The position numbers were made by a program, and so were the translations under genes. A stretch of 64,000 nucleotides of DNA from assembly GCA_040954595.2 (NCBI GenBank), contig CM082582.2:6060303-6124302 (forward strand), read 5' to 3'. Below the pieces are notes generated by a model that had not been told where the DNA came from, ran no database searches, and saw only the letters and a program-made list of their open reading frames with translations. The stretch comes from Balanoglossus misakiensis. Lineage: Eukaryota > Animalia > Hemichordata. Shown piece by piece: positions 28,201 to 40,400 of this stretch (position 1 is the first letter of the stretch; each line of letters begins with the position of its first letter).

Positions 28201-31200
28201 TTACGAGGTCATCAAAATGCTAAGGAGAGGTTGGGTGCCGATGGCAATGTAAGAGTTGACATGTGCACGGAATTATTAACCATTCTCTGTTTCTCTCTCC
28301 TGCACCATTTTAAGAGCATTCCTTGTTTTGTGGTCGCTTCGGTGTAATAAAGTGAACAAAATGGCCGACTCTAAGGTTTGGTCAAATCCTTTTGTTGTCA
28401 GTGGTACAGAAGAGGGAGGGGCATGGTTTAGCATGAGAAATTCATTATCCTCATCATCTGTTCGATTTGAATGTCACACTGCCTTGTCGTGTTTAATGGT
28501 CCAAGCCGAACTGGTTTTTATTTCTGCTTGGACACCTCGCGACCACAAAACAGAGATTGGACTAAAATGTGATATGTATTATTAACCAGATACGAAGCGA
28601 GCCTGTCCAGGTAATACTAAAACACAGAGTGCACAGAGCGTGTTGTTTGGTCTGTAACCCTAACCGATATTTAACAAATCTGTCATGTTTTGTTTGTCTT
28701 TCCTCTACGTCCACTCAGGATGACAGCGTCAGTCTTGTTAGTTTTTGTTTTAATGAGCCGCCCGAGGATAGCCAGGAAGTAAGCCGTGGTGTTGTGTGTG
28801 AAACGTTTTTTTGCACCCCACCCCCCTCGGCTGCTGGAGACCTTACGTCAAGCACTGTTTCACACCCACCCACTTGAGATAATCTGCTTGCTTGATATAC
28901 CGGTGTGGAATTTTGGTGTGCCGCCATCCCGAATGTTACTGCGTTTTTATCAAATTGCTTGGGTTTGACAAAAAAAGCACTGCAGCATGTGATATCGATG
29001 ACAGAAATAGATGTCTCAGAATGTGAAGCGTTGGATAAATATGACTATGGCATCGACAAGATCTTCGCGTGATCTGTTCATTTTCTTCATTATCCAGAAT
29101 GTATAGTTACATGTATTTGGTGGGTGGTAAAAGTTGACAATTTAGTATTGTAACATGAAAGTGAAGCATCTCTTGAGAGAAAAGGGATTGGTCATTCATT
29201 AGTTTTCATCTCAAAGACCATTGCTGTGAGATAGTTCAGAGGGAAATATATGATACACTGCAAGTATATAGGGAACATCAACAAGAATAAACTGTGAATC
29301 AAGACTTTGACATCCTAATGGGATACATTTAAAACTACTGTCATAGCTGCTTGCTACATGGTGCTTAACAGGCAATAGGCCATCGTCATGATATCCCTTG
29401 CCATACAGATGGTGCTCTTGACCTCCTGTCCGGACAGTATCAAAATAGTTGTCATGGATTTCTATTTTCACTGCCCATGTCAAGTTAATTACTACATCCC
29501 TGTTATATTGATGACATGTGATGAGGTGGTGATTTTTAGGTCCTCAAATGACCTACAGTATTCAAATGGTGTTCCTATGTTAGTCATTTCCCTGATGGTG
29601 GTATGCAAATCTGCAGACCCATCTGCTGTGTGTTCAGGTGGTACTATGTATTTGGGAGGGGGGGGGGGGGGTTACAAAATAATCATACACAGCAGATGAC
29701 AGAGCAAAATTGCTAGACAGTGATGACGGCAGACATAATTTGGAGCTATTTTGTCAGTTAGAGTACTGGAGATTGCTAAGGACAGGTTTAGCTAGGATTC
29801 TAATCCACCAACAGACATGCAGTGGTAGAGTTCAGATGGTTTAAGGCAGATAACAGGGTTGAAGTATACATGTATGTCAGATGTAAATTATGATCATCGA
29901 ATAAGAATGATGGGCCCAAGATTTCCTTCAAGAACGTGTACACTTTGTATGGATGTTGTTGTTGCTGTGTTTAGGATAGTGTTCTTTGTGTGAAGGTGAT
30001 AGATGATAGCTATAGTTACTCCAACTCTAAACTTTTACTGTTTACTGGAAATATCTCTCCCTTCAGTGTGTGGTATACTTAATCCTCATTATGTAAGAAA
30101 TACTTAATTATAATGAGGTTCACATGTATATCTGTGTAATTTGAGAATATAGAAACCATAGCAACTCTAGAGTAGACATAGCAAGTAGAGTACTACATGT
30201 AGTATGTGGTGATACGTGTATTGTGATTCTGGTGGTAGGCAATGATATTAAAGATTCCAAAAAACCTCTAGGGGGACAGAACGTGTGTTATTTATCAACA
30301 TAGTTCAGTAAATGTTATTTTTTATAACTCCTTTTTTTTCTTAATAGTCACCTATTTTGTTAGCTTTTATTTTTGTGTAAACATTGGGAAATGTTAAAAT
30401 GATGTGCTGTTAACATCGCACTCACTAAGGACAACGTACAGTCATTATCAGGTTTTTGTGAGTGAGTTCAAACTAACCCCTTAATATCGAAACTGTGTAT
30501 TATTTTGTTTTTAGATGCAAGAGTTGCAAAAGAAATCGACAGGACAAAAATCCACCACCTGCACAATCCTGTGAACTAAACGATTTGCATTTCTTCATTG
30601 TTACCATGGTAATTCCCGCCCATCTTTTAATTCATGTTGCAGTCATTTGTGGTAAAGTTCAAAGTTCGGTATCCGTCACAATCATTTTTTGCAGACAAAT
30701 GTAATCGTCTGTTCTTTGTTATCATTTTGTCGTAAATGGAGCATCCTTGTCTATATGACGGTTGCTCATTCTAGACAAACGTCTACATCTAGTTGTTGTA
30801 GCCTATCCTTAAGACGTTAAGTATCTGCTTCTCTGTAGTAATCATCTGTTGTAAGGAAGTCATCACTAAATGTTAAATTTCTCATTAGTCACCTTTGTTG
30901 AATCCCTGTAACTCTAAATCACGTCTAAACTAACCATCTAAGTATTTATTCGACTTCTTTTCCGGGTGGGGGCAGAAAGGAGAAAAATATGTGACATATG
31001 GTACTTGCTGACCCTAATGGTGTATATCGTATGCATTATCATCGTATTGGAGTTAACCAAAGGCCATATCAATCTCGTAAGCCTCATTAGAGTTCCTGCA
31101 TGGTGGAAAATACATGAAATGTGAAAATTTTAGATGTACACATAGCTGCTTTTGCATCTTCAGTCAGTTACTGTAGTAGTGTTTGTTGGAAATATTCTTA

Positions 31201-33429
31201 GTATCATATGTTTCTGAGGAATGACCCCTCCCTTAGTCTAATGTATCCAAGAGAAATTTAAAGTATCGTTGTTTTAAAATGAATCACAATTTTTATAACC
31301 AAATTCCATGGTCTAAAAACTGATCACTGTCGCTTTAATAACACTTATGGTCAAGATATTGCTTCAGTCGTAACTTTTTCCGTAAACCATTTGGCGGAAC
31401 AACTGATATTCAGCTTTGTCACAATTTGAAGAAAAAAGAAAAAAATAAGTCTCTGTCAACCAACCCGTCTGTGTACTCTGTGACTTGGTATAACCTTGAC
31501 TGATTTCGTTTTTTCGTTTCACTGTGTTCACATCCTGTGTGTGAGTTTGTATTTCAGTACGTCATCTTTGTTCACTTGTAGTGGTCCGGGCGCAGGTGCC
31601 AACAAAAACATCTCTTCATTCATGCACATTCACGTGTTATAATAATAATGATAAAATATTAACCCTAAGTGTTCAGCCATATACAGTCACACATTGTAAT
31701 TTGTAAGTTTTGTCCCTGAATTCCCTGCACAAGTAGACATATCGATATATCACCATTTGATGTGTTTTTTCATGTTTACGCACAGTAGAGCATGTATATT
31801 TTCATATCGTAATGAAGTACATGTGTAATGATAGTTTTAGAAATGCTCAAACTTAAGAAAAGAATGTGTATACACCGATTTTGTTTAGAGTCACCTATTT
31901 AAGTATAATATCCGTCACAAGAAACTAACAATTTATGAAAATATAACAGACATAAAGGGAGTAAAACTATTCTGATTCCCAGTATGATAATATCACTTGG
32001 TATCCATTTTAAGTAAAAAATGTAATGTATTAAGATTTTGGAAAATTTCACTATTTAAAGTTCACAGCATGACTCAGTACTTTTCATGTAGTGTAACGAT
32101 ATACCTTGTACAGATAATGATCACATAGACAATTGTTAAAATGATTTTTATAACTGATAAATTTATTTTTCACCTAGGATGTGTTCATAACCCTCGCTTA
32201 ATGCATGCAGTGTGGGTTTGCACTGACACAGTACTATTCTCGAAAAGGGCTGCAGTCATTTTTTCTGCTTGTGTGGGGTCGGTCCATGCTGACAAAATGA
32301 TATTAGATTCTAGTCCCAAATCTGTGATGGTGTGTGTTATTTTTGAATGAAAAAACATGTCAGCTTAATATCCATCTACAGGTGGATGCATGAGCAATTT
32401 TGGTGACTGTAGCCCTTTTATGGTCCATGTCATGTTTTGGTGTTTGCTAGTCTACTATCACATTCCATGTGAAACATCAAATTGTCTATCCTCGTGACTA
32501 CCAATGTACATTTCAATACTCCTGGTGTCTGTCCAATTCAGTCCATCTTCTCTGTTGTCTGTCACCACGGTGATACCCCGTTGCATGTTCATGTTTGCAG
32601 TGTGAGTTTTGCATGGATACTCATGCTTTAACTCTAACACAACTACATCATTGACAACAACAAAAAAATGGTGCCGGTTTGTACATTGGTAGAGTATTGA
32701 CACTGCTGACGGACACTGAAATGCTGTGATAAAATGCAGAAATGTTCAATGCACACGTCACTTCAACAATGAGTTAGTTGATCCAAATCAAAAATCCAGT
32801 TCTGTGTGCCTGCAGTTTAAAATTTGGAACCGCTTATTGTTAGAGGAAAATAATAAATTACACTGATGAAATTCCTACTCTAGTTTCGTGACACTCATCA
32901 CCAATGTATGGCAATTAAATGTTAAAAATAGATATTTTTATTACCGATAGTCAACTTACCTTGTCATCAATCATTAGTGCAAAGAAAAAAAATCCAGAAC
33001 TCAAAGTTGTACATTTAGATAAGAGTTCTATATACCAAATTGTCCCCAATGAAATCAGTTTACTTTGCCTCCATCCGTAAAAATCCATATACACTTGTAA
33101 TACAATGATTTGGATTTTGGAAATTCTCTAGGTACTCTGTTATTTGAAAACAAAAATAAAATATACATTTCTGATTCTATCACATTGCATTTCAGTTTTT
33201 TTATGATGATGACTGACTGACTGACAAGTTTGATTTTAAGATTGTGCCAAGTATATTCCTGTCACTGTGTGCTGATCGTTTCTCCTTCATTTTAATTTTG
33301 AAACAGGTGATCAAGAAAGGAGCTGCCGCTAAAAATGGCCAACAAGTCAAGTCAAGAGGCCACACCAAAACACAGAAATCCGACGGCAACACAGCGGAGA
33401 ATCAAAGCAAAGCGTGTATCGTTATGTAA
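10246..33429 (+). CDS. KIF28: Kinesin-3 family motor, KIF28/KLP-6-like (motor, neck coil, FHA, stalk, C2-like region), with alternative 3' ends
   Basis: Exons 10246-10265, 10369-10407 ([11 protein letters not shown]), 10521-10597, 13832-13848, 15627-15649 (FAFDYSYW), 16168-16292, 16729-16807 (P-loop GQTGSGKS), 16959-17022, 17469-17655, 18303-18455 ([14 protein letters not shown]), 18865-18962, 19584-19681 (VPYRDSVLT), 20161-20393 (ETLSTLRYA), 20760-20860, 21403-21608 ([12 protein letters not shown]), 21883-22025, 23390-23536, 23968-24115, 24247-24334, 24475-24648 (EEDPFWEP), 24870-24992, 25399-25668, 26114-26269, 26627-26755, then alternative phase-0 exons. Kinesin-3 identity is secure; KIF28 orthology is from recalled similarity. 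Confidence 0.88.
13149..13255. mobile_element. Short TACAGT...TACAGTA-type MITE fragment
   Basis: Right end reads TACTGTAAAACGGGAAATTTTTGCC on the minus strand, a typical invertebrate TA-MITE terminus; the left end is degenerate. Confidence 0.4.
17807..17904. mobile_element. About 95-bp TTAA mini inverted-repeat element (piggyBac-like MITE), copy 1
   Basis: TTAAACCTTTCACCC...GAGGTCCAACTTTAC...TGGACTAAACCAT...GAAAGGG; matches the copies at 25685, 33954 and 38791. Confidence 0.65.
19800..20066. repeat. Degenerate tandem duplication, unit about 130 bp
   Basis: TTTGTCAGAGGT...TAAAATATGCC...TTTTCCAA occurs twice; ACTTGGAAAAATAGCCATTTTT occurs at about 19911 and 20041. Confidence 0.6.
21055..21325. 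repeat. Degenerate CA-rich low-complexity repeat
   Basis: Interrupted ACAC/ACAT/ACAG runs. Confidence 0.75.
22107..22838. mobile_element. 732-bp MITE with perfect 32-bp TIRs, P-element superfamily-like
   Basis: CATGGAGGTACTAGAGAGAAGGAGCGAGGACG (22107-22138) and its exact reverse complement (22807-22838); CAT...ATG termini; flanks GTATGGG / GTATAGG (7-bp TSD, 1 mismatch). Confidence 0.88.
25685..25776. mobile_element. TTAA mini-element, copy 2
   Basis: TTAACCCTTTTCACCC...GGTGGTGAAATGGTTAA, with TTAA at both ends. Confidence 0.7.
28198..28248 (+). CDS. Candidate alternative kinesin cassette exon [17 protein letters not shown]
   Basis: Pyrimidine-rich TTCTTTCTTCAG acceptor, GTAAGA donor, 51 nt, phase 0/0, open frame. 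Confidence 0.65.
28590..28610 (+). CDS. Candidate 21-nt kinesin microexon IRSEPVQ
   Basis: TTAACCAG acceptor, CAG|GTAATA donor, phase 0/0. Confidence 0.45.
28719..29072 (+). CDS. Candidate kinesin exon [20 protein letters not shown] (28719-28778) and possible terminal exon [28 protein letters not shown] (28986-29072)
   Basis: Pyrimidine-rich acceptor ending CACTCAG and donor GAA|GTAAGC. The second acceptor (CACTGCAG) is weak. Both pieces are phase 0. Confidence 0.4.
30515..30574 (+). CDS. Alternative terminal kinesin exon A: [19 protein letters not shown] (CaaX = CTIL)
   Basis: TTTTGTTTTTAG acceptor; phase 0 matches the upstream donors; ends TGC ACA ATC CTG TGA. Confidence 0.7.
   Translation: MQELQKKSTGQKSTTCTIL
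33307..33429 (+). CDS. Alternative terminal kinesin exon B: [40 protein letters not shown] (CaaX = CIVM)
   Basis: TTTTAATTTTGAAACAG acceptor, phase 0, ends TGT ATC GTT ATG TAA; AATAAA at about 34541-34546 downstream. Confidence 0.8.
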   Translation: MIKKGAAAKNGQQVKSRGHTKTQKSDGNTAENQSKACIVM

Positions 33430-33550
33430 AGTTATATATATAGATATCTTTTTTGCACACGTTTTTTAGACTTTTACTACCAGAAAGTAGTTAGTTATGA
33501 AAACTAGTGTATACTGGTATATATTTGAATACCAATTTTGTAAATACATG

Positions 33551-33700
33551 TACAGTGGACCCTCGCTAAAGTTGCACCTCGTCTTGGATTGCGATATGAC
33601 TGCCATTTCAGGCAAACTGTGAAGACTCCCGCTCATTGGCATTGTCTTTCGTCGATGGACCCCAACAATTCAGTGCGAAGTTAGCGAATGGTCCACTGTA
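33551..33700. mobile_element. Tc1/mariner (pogo/Tigger-like) MITE in the kinesin 3' UTR region
   Basis: TA-CAGTGGACCCTCGCTAA ... TTAGCGAATGGTCCACTG-TA imperfect TIR with TA duplication. Confidence 0.75.
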
Positions 33701-33953
33701 TTCTCTTGTATACTGGTACACGCGTATACTATACTTGTGTATACCCGTGTATACGATGAATCCTGGTGTATATACTGTTCTGTCCCGTTTACGTAAGAAT
33801 GCACGGATCAGATCGTTAACAATTGCGGCCTTCGCTTTAAGTTTTCCTTCCTTATGTCTCCTGAGCAACTTCATTTGGACCTGTTCCATTTTGACGCTCT
33901 TCCCAAGTAAACAGTTTGTTTCGTTTCACCTCACCCCTTACTTAAGTTACTAA

Positions 33954-34057
33954 TTAACCCTTTCACCCCTCTCCGTCCCTATTTCCCAGTACGTAGGTGC
34001 AACCACACCATTGCAAACCATGGGATTGAACCAAATTCGAGGGGTGGAAAGGGTTAA
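33954..34057. mobile_element. TTAA mini-element, copy 3
   Basis: TTAA-CCCTTTC...GAAAGGG-TTAA. Confidence 0.75.
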
Positions 34058-37000
34058 GAGGCTGTAGGACGAATGACGGAATTGGATGTATGTTACGAAA
34101 ATTAAAAAAACCCACAAGCTTTATATAGAGTTAAAATATACCTGTTCGATTGAGCCTGATAATTCCGACCTTCTGTTTGTCTAGTTGTTGTCACTCTCAA
34201 TGTTGACAGAGATGAACATTTACATCCTTGCATATCATTTTTGACATGGCATTCAATTGTCAAAAAAAAAATTGCTTCAAAAGAGCACATGTACAGGGCC
34301 AAGAGGCTAAAACATTCCTTTTTACTGTCAAACTTTTCCACAAGTTCCAAACTCCAGGGTTTTTATTGAAATCTCTTGTTTGTAAGATACCATTTACATT
34401 TAATCAGAATTGGAATTAAAATGATGTGTATATCTATAATGATTTATTAAAACTCACATGTAGTCAAGTAGCGTTCACATAAATTTTTGTAGACTTTTAA
34501 TCTAACTTTTAACGCGTGTAGACTAATTTGTAAAAAAATAAATAAAAGATATACCTGTATGTCTGGGTGAATTTTAAATGTGTTTTCCTATTCATGTTTC
34601 ACTTTGATGAATTTCTGTACAATATTTTCTGTGCTTCCTATACTCAGTACATATGTTGGCATTAAACATTTTCAGAACCTTAGCTTTTCTGTATTTGCAT
34701 ACTGGCAAGTTGGGTACTGTTAGTACAGTAAAACCAAGGTCTAAACCGTTCCCTTCTATCGAGTAAACACACGTGCCTTGATGACATATCTTGCAATATT
34801 TCTTAAGGTATGAAGACAGAGGTTTTCAGGAGAGAGTTGACGGGATGGTAACTTTAGAATGTCATGTAGTAGAATCAGTTCAGTGTTAGCGTCCAGATAC
34901 GAAATTATTCAAAATGTGTAAATGTTACAAGCAATACAAATAAATGACCAGGGGAATGAATGAATGAGAAAGTTGCAGTCAACAAGACTTTATTCAGGGT
35001 GTACAATATATGGGGGAATTTTCTTGTGAATATACGAAAGAAGGGTCTTTGATATTTAAACCATGTGTACTAGAAACAAAAGCCTTTATGTTCTCCATCA
35101 CATTTTCCAGCCCACCGCAGCCTTAAATTGCGCTCACCCACAACAATCTGTACTTCATTTGTTTTCCATGCTGAAAGTTTGAGTGAACACTCGGTGATGT
35201 ATGCTATTGTTCCCACCATTGCCATTATTTCTTTGCCGGACTTTAAAAGAAAACTAAATGCTTTAAAAGATTAAATCGAGCATGTCTTGGTGTGCGTTTA
35301 CAAGACTTAGTGCAATATACTTCCACAGCATTTTTAAATTGATTTATAGGTTTGCCACTCCTCTGAAATTTAAATTCTAAGAGTAAATCTCCACACTTGT
35401 GAAATCTGGCTACCACCCCATGTGATAAACGAAATTTGAATTTTGTTTGTAGTGCACCTGTTTTACCTATCCATGACCCATTGTAAATGAATATGAAAAT
35501 GCATTAAGTAATAGAAAACCGGAAACCACAACACATTTTTCATGTGGGAGATAATTCATGTTATTATCCATGAACAATTCTCGTCGAAGATTAATAATCA
35601 GTAATTCATATGCTGAGTTCGATAGAATGAAAAAAAAAAATATTGGCAGGGGTTTTTGAGGTATGAAATTATATAAACAGAGTTGATGTATGTATATAAA
35701 ATGGATTGATAACCATTGAAAAAATCTGCAATATTTTAACCTTGCACATATGTGATCCTTAAAGATTGTTTTGCCTTGTAATTTTTGACAAAGGGTCACA
35801 TGATTTCAGTTGGCAGTATATCCTGGAAAATTTTAAGTGTTGATTGCTGTCCAATTTACTAGTAAATGAAGCATGTTTAGCAGATCATATATTCAAGCAT
35901 TGTAGTTTGATAACACAAATGATTATTTTTGACTCTTCAGATGTGATAGGTATTTGATCAAGCTTTTTATTCCACCTATTGTTGTCAATGAAGCCGTCCA
36001 TAAACAAAAAAGCAAGAATTTATTTTAAGCATAGGATTATGCTGACCATCCACCTGTATCTAAAGTAGAGAATGCATTCATTGTCTTGCATTGACAAATA
36101 GAGAACTATGAAGAATGAAGGTTTCCGTTGAAATTTCATGTGTGCTGGGGTAAACTTAAACATGTAAAATTTAGTTTCAATAAAATAGTTTTTTTTATAG
36201 TTTTGACCTAATTTTGCATGTTTATTGACATAAAAATAAGGGTGGTGCAATTCGGCTGGCCTGTCTTTCTCTCCATCTCTCTTTCCGTCCGTGTGATTAC
36301 ATGAGTTTATCACACTCTTTCACATTTCATTAAGCAATAAGAAAAGTTCAAATGAGCCAAGTCAAGGCGATATTTGGAAAATCCATGAAGGAGAAAGTGG
36401 TTGATGAAAGCACTATATAGTTAAGTTTCTTCTCAGTACATTTTGCAAAAATAGAGTTGTCCGTCTTCTGAAATTAAAATTCTTTCTGACCCACCACAAT
36501 GTTACATTTTCAAGTCCTTGTATAAGATAATACAGATAGGTTTTACGAAGAAGGTATGCGTGAATGACTGACTCTTTCTGTACATACTTCTTTCACCTCA
36601 CTGAAATTTGTAAAGTAATGACATATCTGTTTCATTTACACAATTTGGGAGTGGAATATGTGTATTGTTAATTAATCCGGATTAAACGTTGGCATTTTGC
36701 CTGTGTTTTCTTGTTACTGAATAAATGTAGTTTTTAGAAAATTTATCATGAAAAACGTTTGGAAGTGTGTCTGTTTATGGTACTGTGTAGTGTGTGAGTA
36801 CATGTATTGTGTGGTGCTTGTGTGTGTAGTGAGATATGCTGGAGTCCAGCTGGCAGAGACCATGGTCACTTCAGGGACAATGGCTGTTTTGGCTGGACTG
36901 ATGGAGACAAAGGGCTTTACCTAGAATTAGAATGTATAGCAGTACCAATTAAAGTCCCAGAGTTGAACTTGTATCAAGTATAGTTTGTCTTAACAACCAC

Positions 37001-37461
37001 AGAAAAATCTTGATTTTGACGAAGTTCATTTATCTGCATGGGTGATTATGCACGTAGTGATGATGTACTGTATGTATATAAGAAGTTACCACAAAAACAA
37101 TTTATGCAACTTATTAGAAAAACTGCTTTTAGTGCGTTTTATTTCTCTATGTCATCCCACACAGTACAATGGACGGTTGTGTGTTTATACTTTCTCATTT
37201 GGAAAAATCTCATATAAAAAACAACAACACAGAAACATAAATACATAAAAAAAGATGACCACCGAAATATAGGACAGGAGAGGTATCAAATTACATAGTT
37301 ACAAGTAAATTCATACTTCTGTACATTTTACATAGTGAGTGTATTTATATTTACAGATTAAAGATACAATAACCTGACAACAGGCTAATCTTAAGAAAGG
37401 TCCATGAAAGTCTGAATGCATCTGAAAAACACAGCACTTTCAAATGTACGATTGAAAGCAT

Positions 37462-40400
37462 TTAAATTTCAGGTTCGTCATCAGTTATTGCCGTTATAGT
37501 GCTTAGAGGGCGCCCTTTATCCAATCGACAGAACACACAAATTTTCAACTCGCTCGGGTCTTCCAGTTGGGAAATAGAAAATGGCTTCCCGCAATGGTTG
37601 CACTGTTGGAAGAAGAAGACAGTAAATTAATTCATACAATTATTTTTTCTCCAGAAGACAAAATGCAAAATCAACAGGTGGTTTTCATTCAAATATTGGA
37701 TCATAACCCAGCGAAAAACAACAGAACATTTTCAAAAACCTGCAAGATCTCACGTGCTATGATAAATAACCAAGCCTCGTACTGACAGCAAATTAAATAA
37801 TACCAAGTCATTCATATGGAATCATTTCACAGACCATTGACACAGACCCAAAAAGAAATTTATCTGAAAATAAGATTTTCTGACCTTGATGATTTTCAAG
37901 CCCATTGTTTTCTTGTTTTCCATGACAACCGGTATGTTATCGCTGTCCTCAATGTTCCACAATCGGATGGTCTTATCCCGGGATCCGGACAAGATCCATT
38001 TGGTGTCTTCACTGATGTCTACTCCACACACCCAGTCAGTGTGACCCTGTCAAGAAAAAAAGATCCCCTCGCATCAAACGCTGATAGTTTAAGGCATACA
38101 GTCACCTATGGAAAAATAGCTATAGTAACCATGGCGAATTGAGATCCAGCCAATCACAGATTTTCAGTGGGTGGCACACGTGAAAAAAAGGGTGCCACCA
38201 TATGTTCTTTAGAACGCTCATATATGCCATTTCAGCCAAATATGGGCGTGTATGTAAATCAGAGGTGACTGTATACCTGTAACATTGTCACTGAACGAAA
38301 ACACCACCTTTCTGTTTGGCTCAAGACTCAAAAGTTTTCTAGATAAACTGTGTACACTGAGATCTTGACCCACACGTTAAAAATAAATTACGTTCTGAAG
38401 TCAACCAATTTTATGACGGAACTATTTCCCTTGTACCTGAAAATTAAAAAAAAACCTTGACAACTTACCTTTAATGTAAGTTTCTGCACACAATTGTCTG
38501 AATCCCATACGACTACTGTTTGATCGTAAGAACCTGACACCAGCATGGATCCTGGTAAAAATAATTAAAACATCGTGTTGAACTCATTTGCTTATACTTT
38601 ATCTAACCTTATTGCAGCGATGTCCAGCATTTTTACAATTAGTAAAAGCTACCGTACATGTAATATATGCCCAGAATTTAACATAATTTACTTAGCAATA
38701 TGTTCCAAACCAGCAACCTTTTACAACATTGCCTGTTGTTTTAGCTGACTGTCACGTGTTTTGTACATGACTATTAGATATAAAGCAATGTTAACCCCCT
38801 TCACCACCATGGTATGGTCCAAATCTGTTGTTTTGTATGGTAGAGTTGGACCTCTACACAGGGAAATCGGGGTGGAAGGGGTGCAAACTGACCATCATTG
38901 CTGAAACTGCAGGAACTGACGGATCCCTCATGGCCTTTGCTCAACGTGACAGGTCCCTCCGATCGGAACATGCCTGTGGATATGTCCCACACCTGCAGCT
39001 GCTTGTCCCATGATGCAGTGCAGAGACGCCGCTCGTCGTGGGAGAAACAGCACGCAGAGATGACGTTGATGTGCCCCCTAAGTGTGTGGAGAAAAATATT
39101 AATGTGCATGTGAAATAACTTGGTGTGCATGAGTGTGAAATTCACAGGCAAATTAAATGAACAAAACATGACTGTTTTATGCAAACCAGTGTTGTACGAT
39201 CGACACACATAAAAATGGATTCAAATGAGCCAAAAGTGACAGATGACAATTTTTTGGGGGGTTGCAACATTGTTCTGAGCTGAGACAATAAAAGTATCAG
39301 CCCTGTTTACTTCTGAACTGGTGACTATACTAGTATTTCACTTACTTGATGGTAACTGTGACATTGCGACTGATGACATCCCATATCTTTGTCGTTTTAT
39401 CCGTTGATGTGGTGCAGATCCTTTCGTCATTCGGAGAGAATGCACAACTGGTGATTGTGCTCTTGTGGTGGTCTGTGTGATCAGGTCAGATAAGACTTAT
39501 TATTTTATCTGTGATGCATTAAATTGATCATATCCATCTTGCTGAAGACCTGATATTCGTTATTCAGGAAGTGAATTGGTAAAGTCTATGATAACCACTA
39601 CGGAATGTGGACATGAGTAGAGTTTGTTTTGTCATCAGTTTGTGTGTTGATTTGAGAAAAGAATGTACGACAGTTGATGCATCATAAAATGACATTTGTG
39701 ATAAAGATGAGTTGCTTACTTTTTCTGCGATGGAGTAGAGTCCCATCCTTGGCACTCCACAGATTCAAAGCATTATCTAAATCTGACCCTGATGCGATGA
39801 ATTTGCCGTTGTGAGAAAAACGACAACACGTCACAACACCATCATGGTTACCTTGCCACTAAGAGAGAAAAAAATACAGGTACACTGACTGTTACAAACA
39901 AACATGAATATGATGTATGTATGTCAGTAGAAACAGCATCCTGGTATAAGCATTACATACCAGTCTCTTGCCGGGGTATTCAACCAGCCAAATGGTCTCG
40001 GTTTATGATTATCAATGGGGGAGTCACTTACATGTAGTAGGACAGCAAAAATGTGGTTTCTACAATATGATAATTGCTAACCTGCATTGCATTAGACACT
40101 GGCAGTAGTATAATCTCCCAAACAAACAAAAACAACAGCTTCAGTGGCCATGACTTTTTATGATAACATTTTTCGGGTACACAACTGCCATGTAAATCAA
40201 TATGTGAACAAATCACTCCACTCATATTTTTACCTTTACATTGCATTAGTGTATTTTATCTCATTCAGTGACTGTTGTAGGCTAATTGGTGAAATGTGAT
40301 GTCAACCAAATCACACATGTTCTGCTTACCAGGATCTCTCCACTTTCAACATCCCACACAGTCACAGTTTTATCCCAAGATGACGAAACAAACTTTGTGT

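Noticed and set aside
28883-29026. Frame ending ...DRNRCLRM*, a possible third CaaX
   Set aside because: No phase-compatible acceptor found, and Arg at the a2 position is unfavourable for prenylation.
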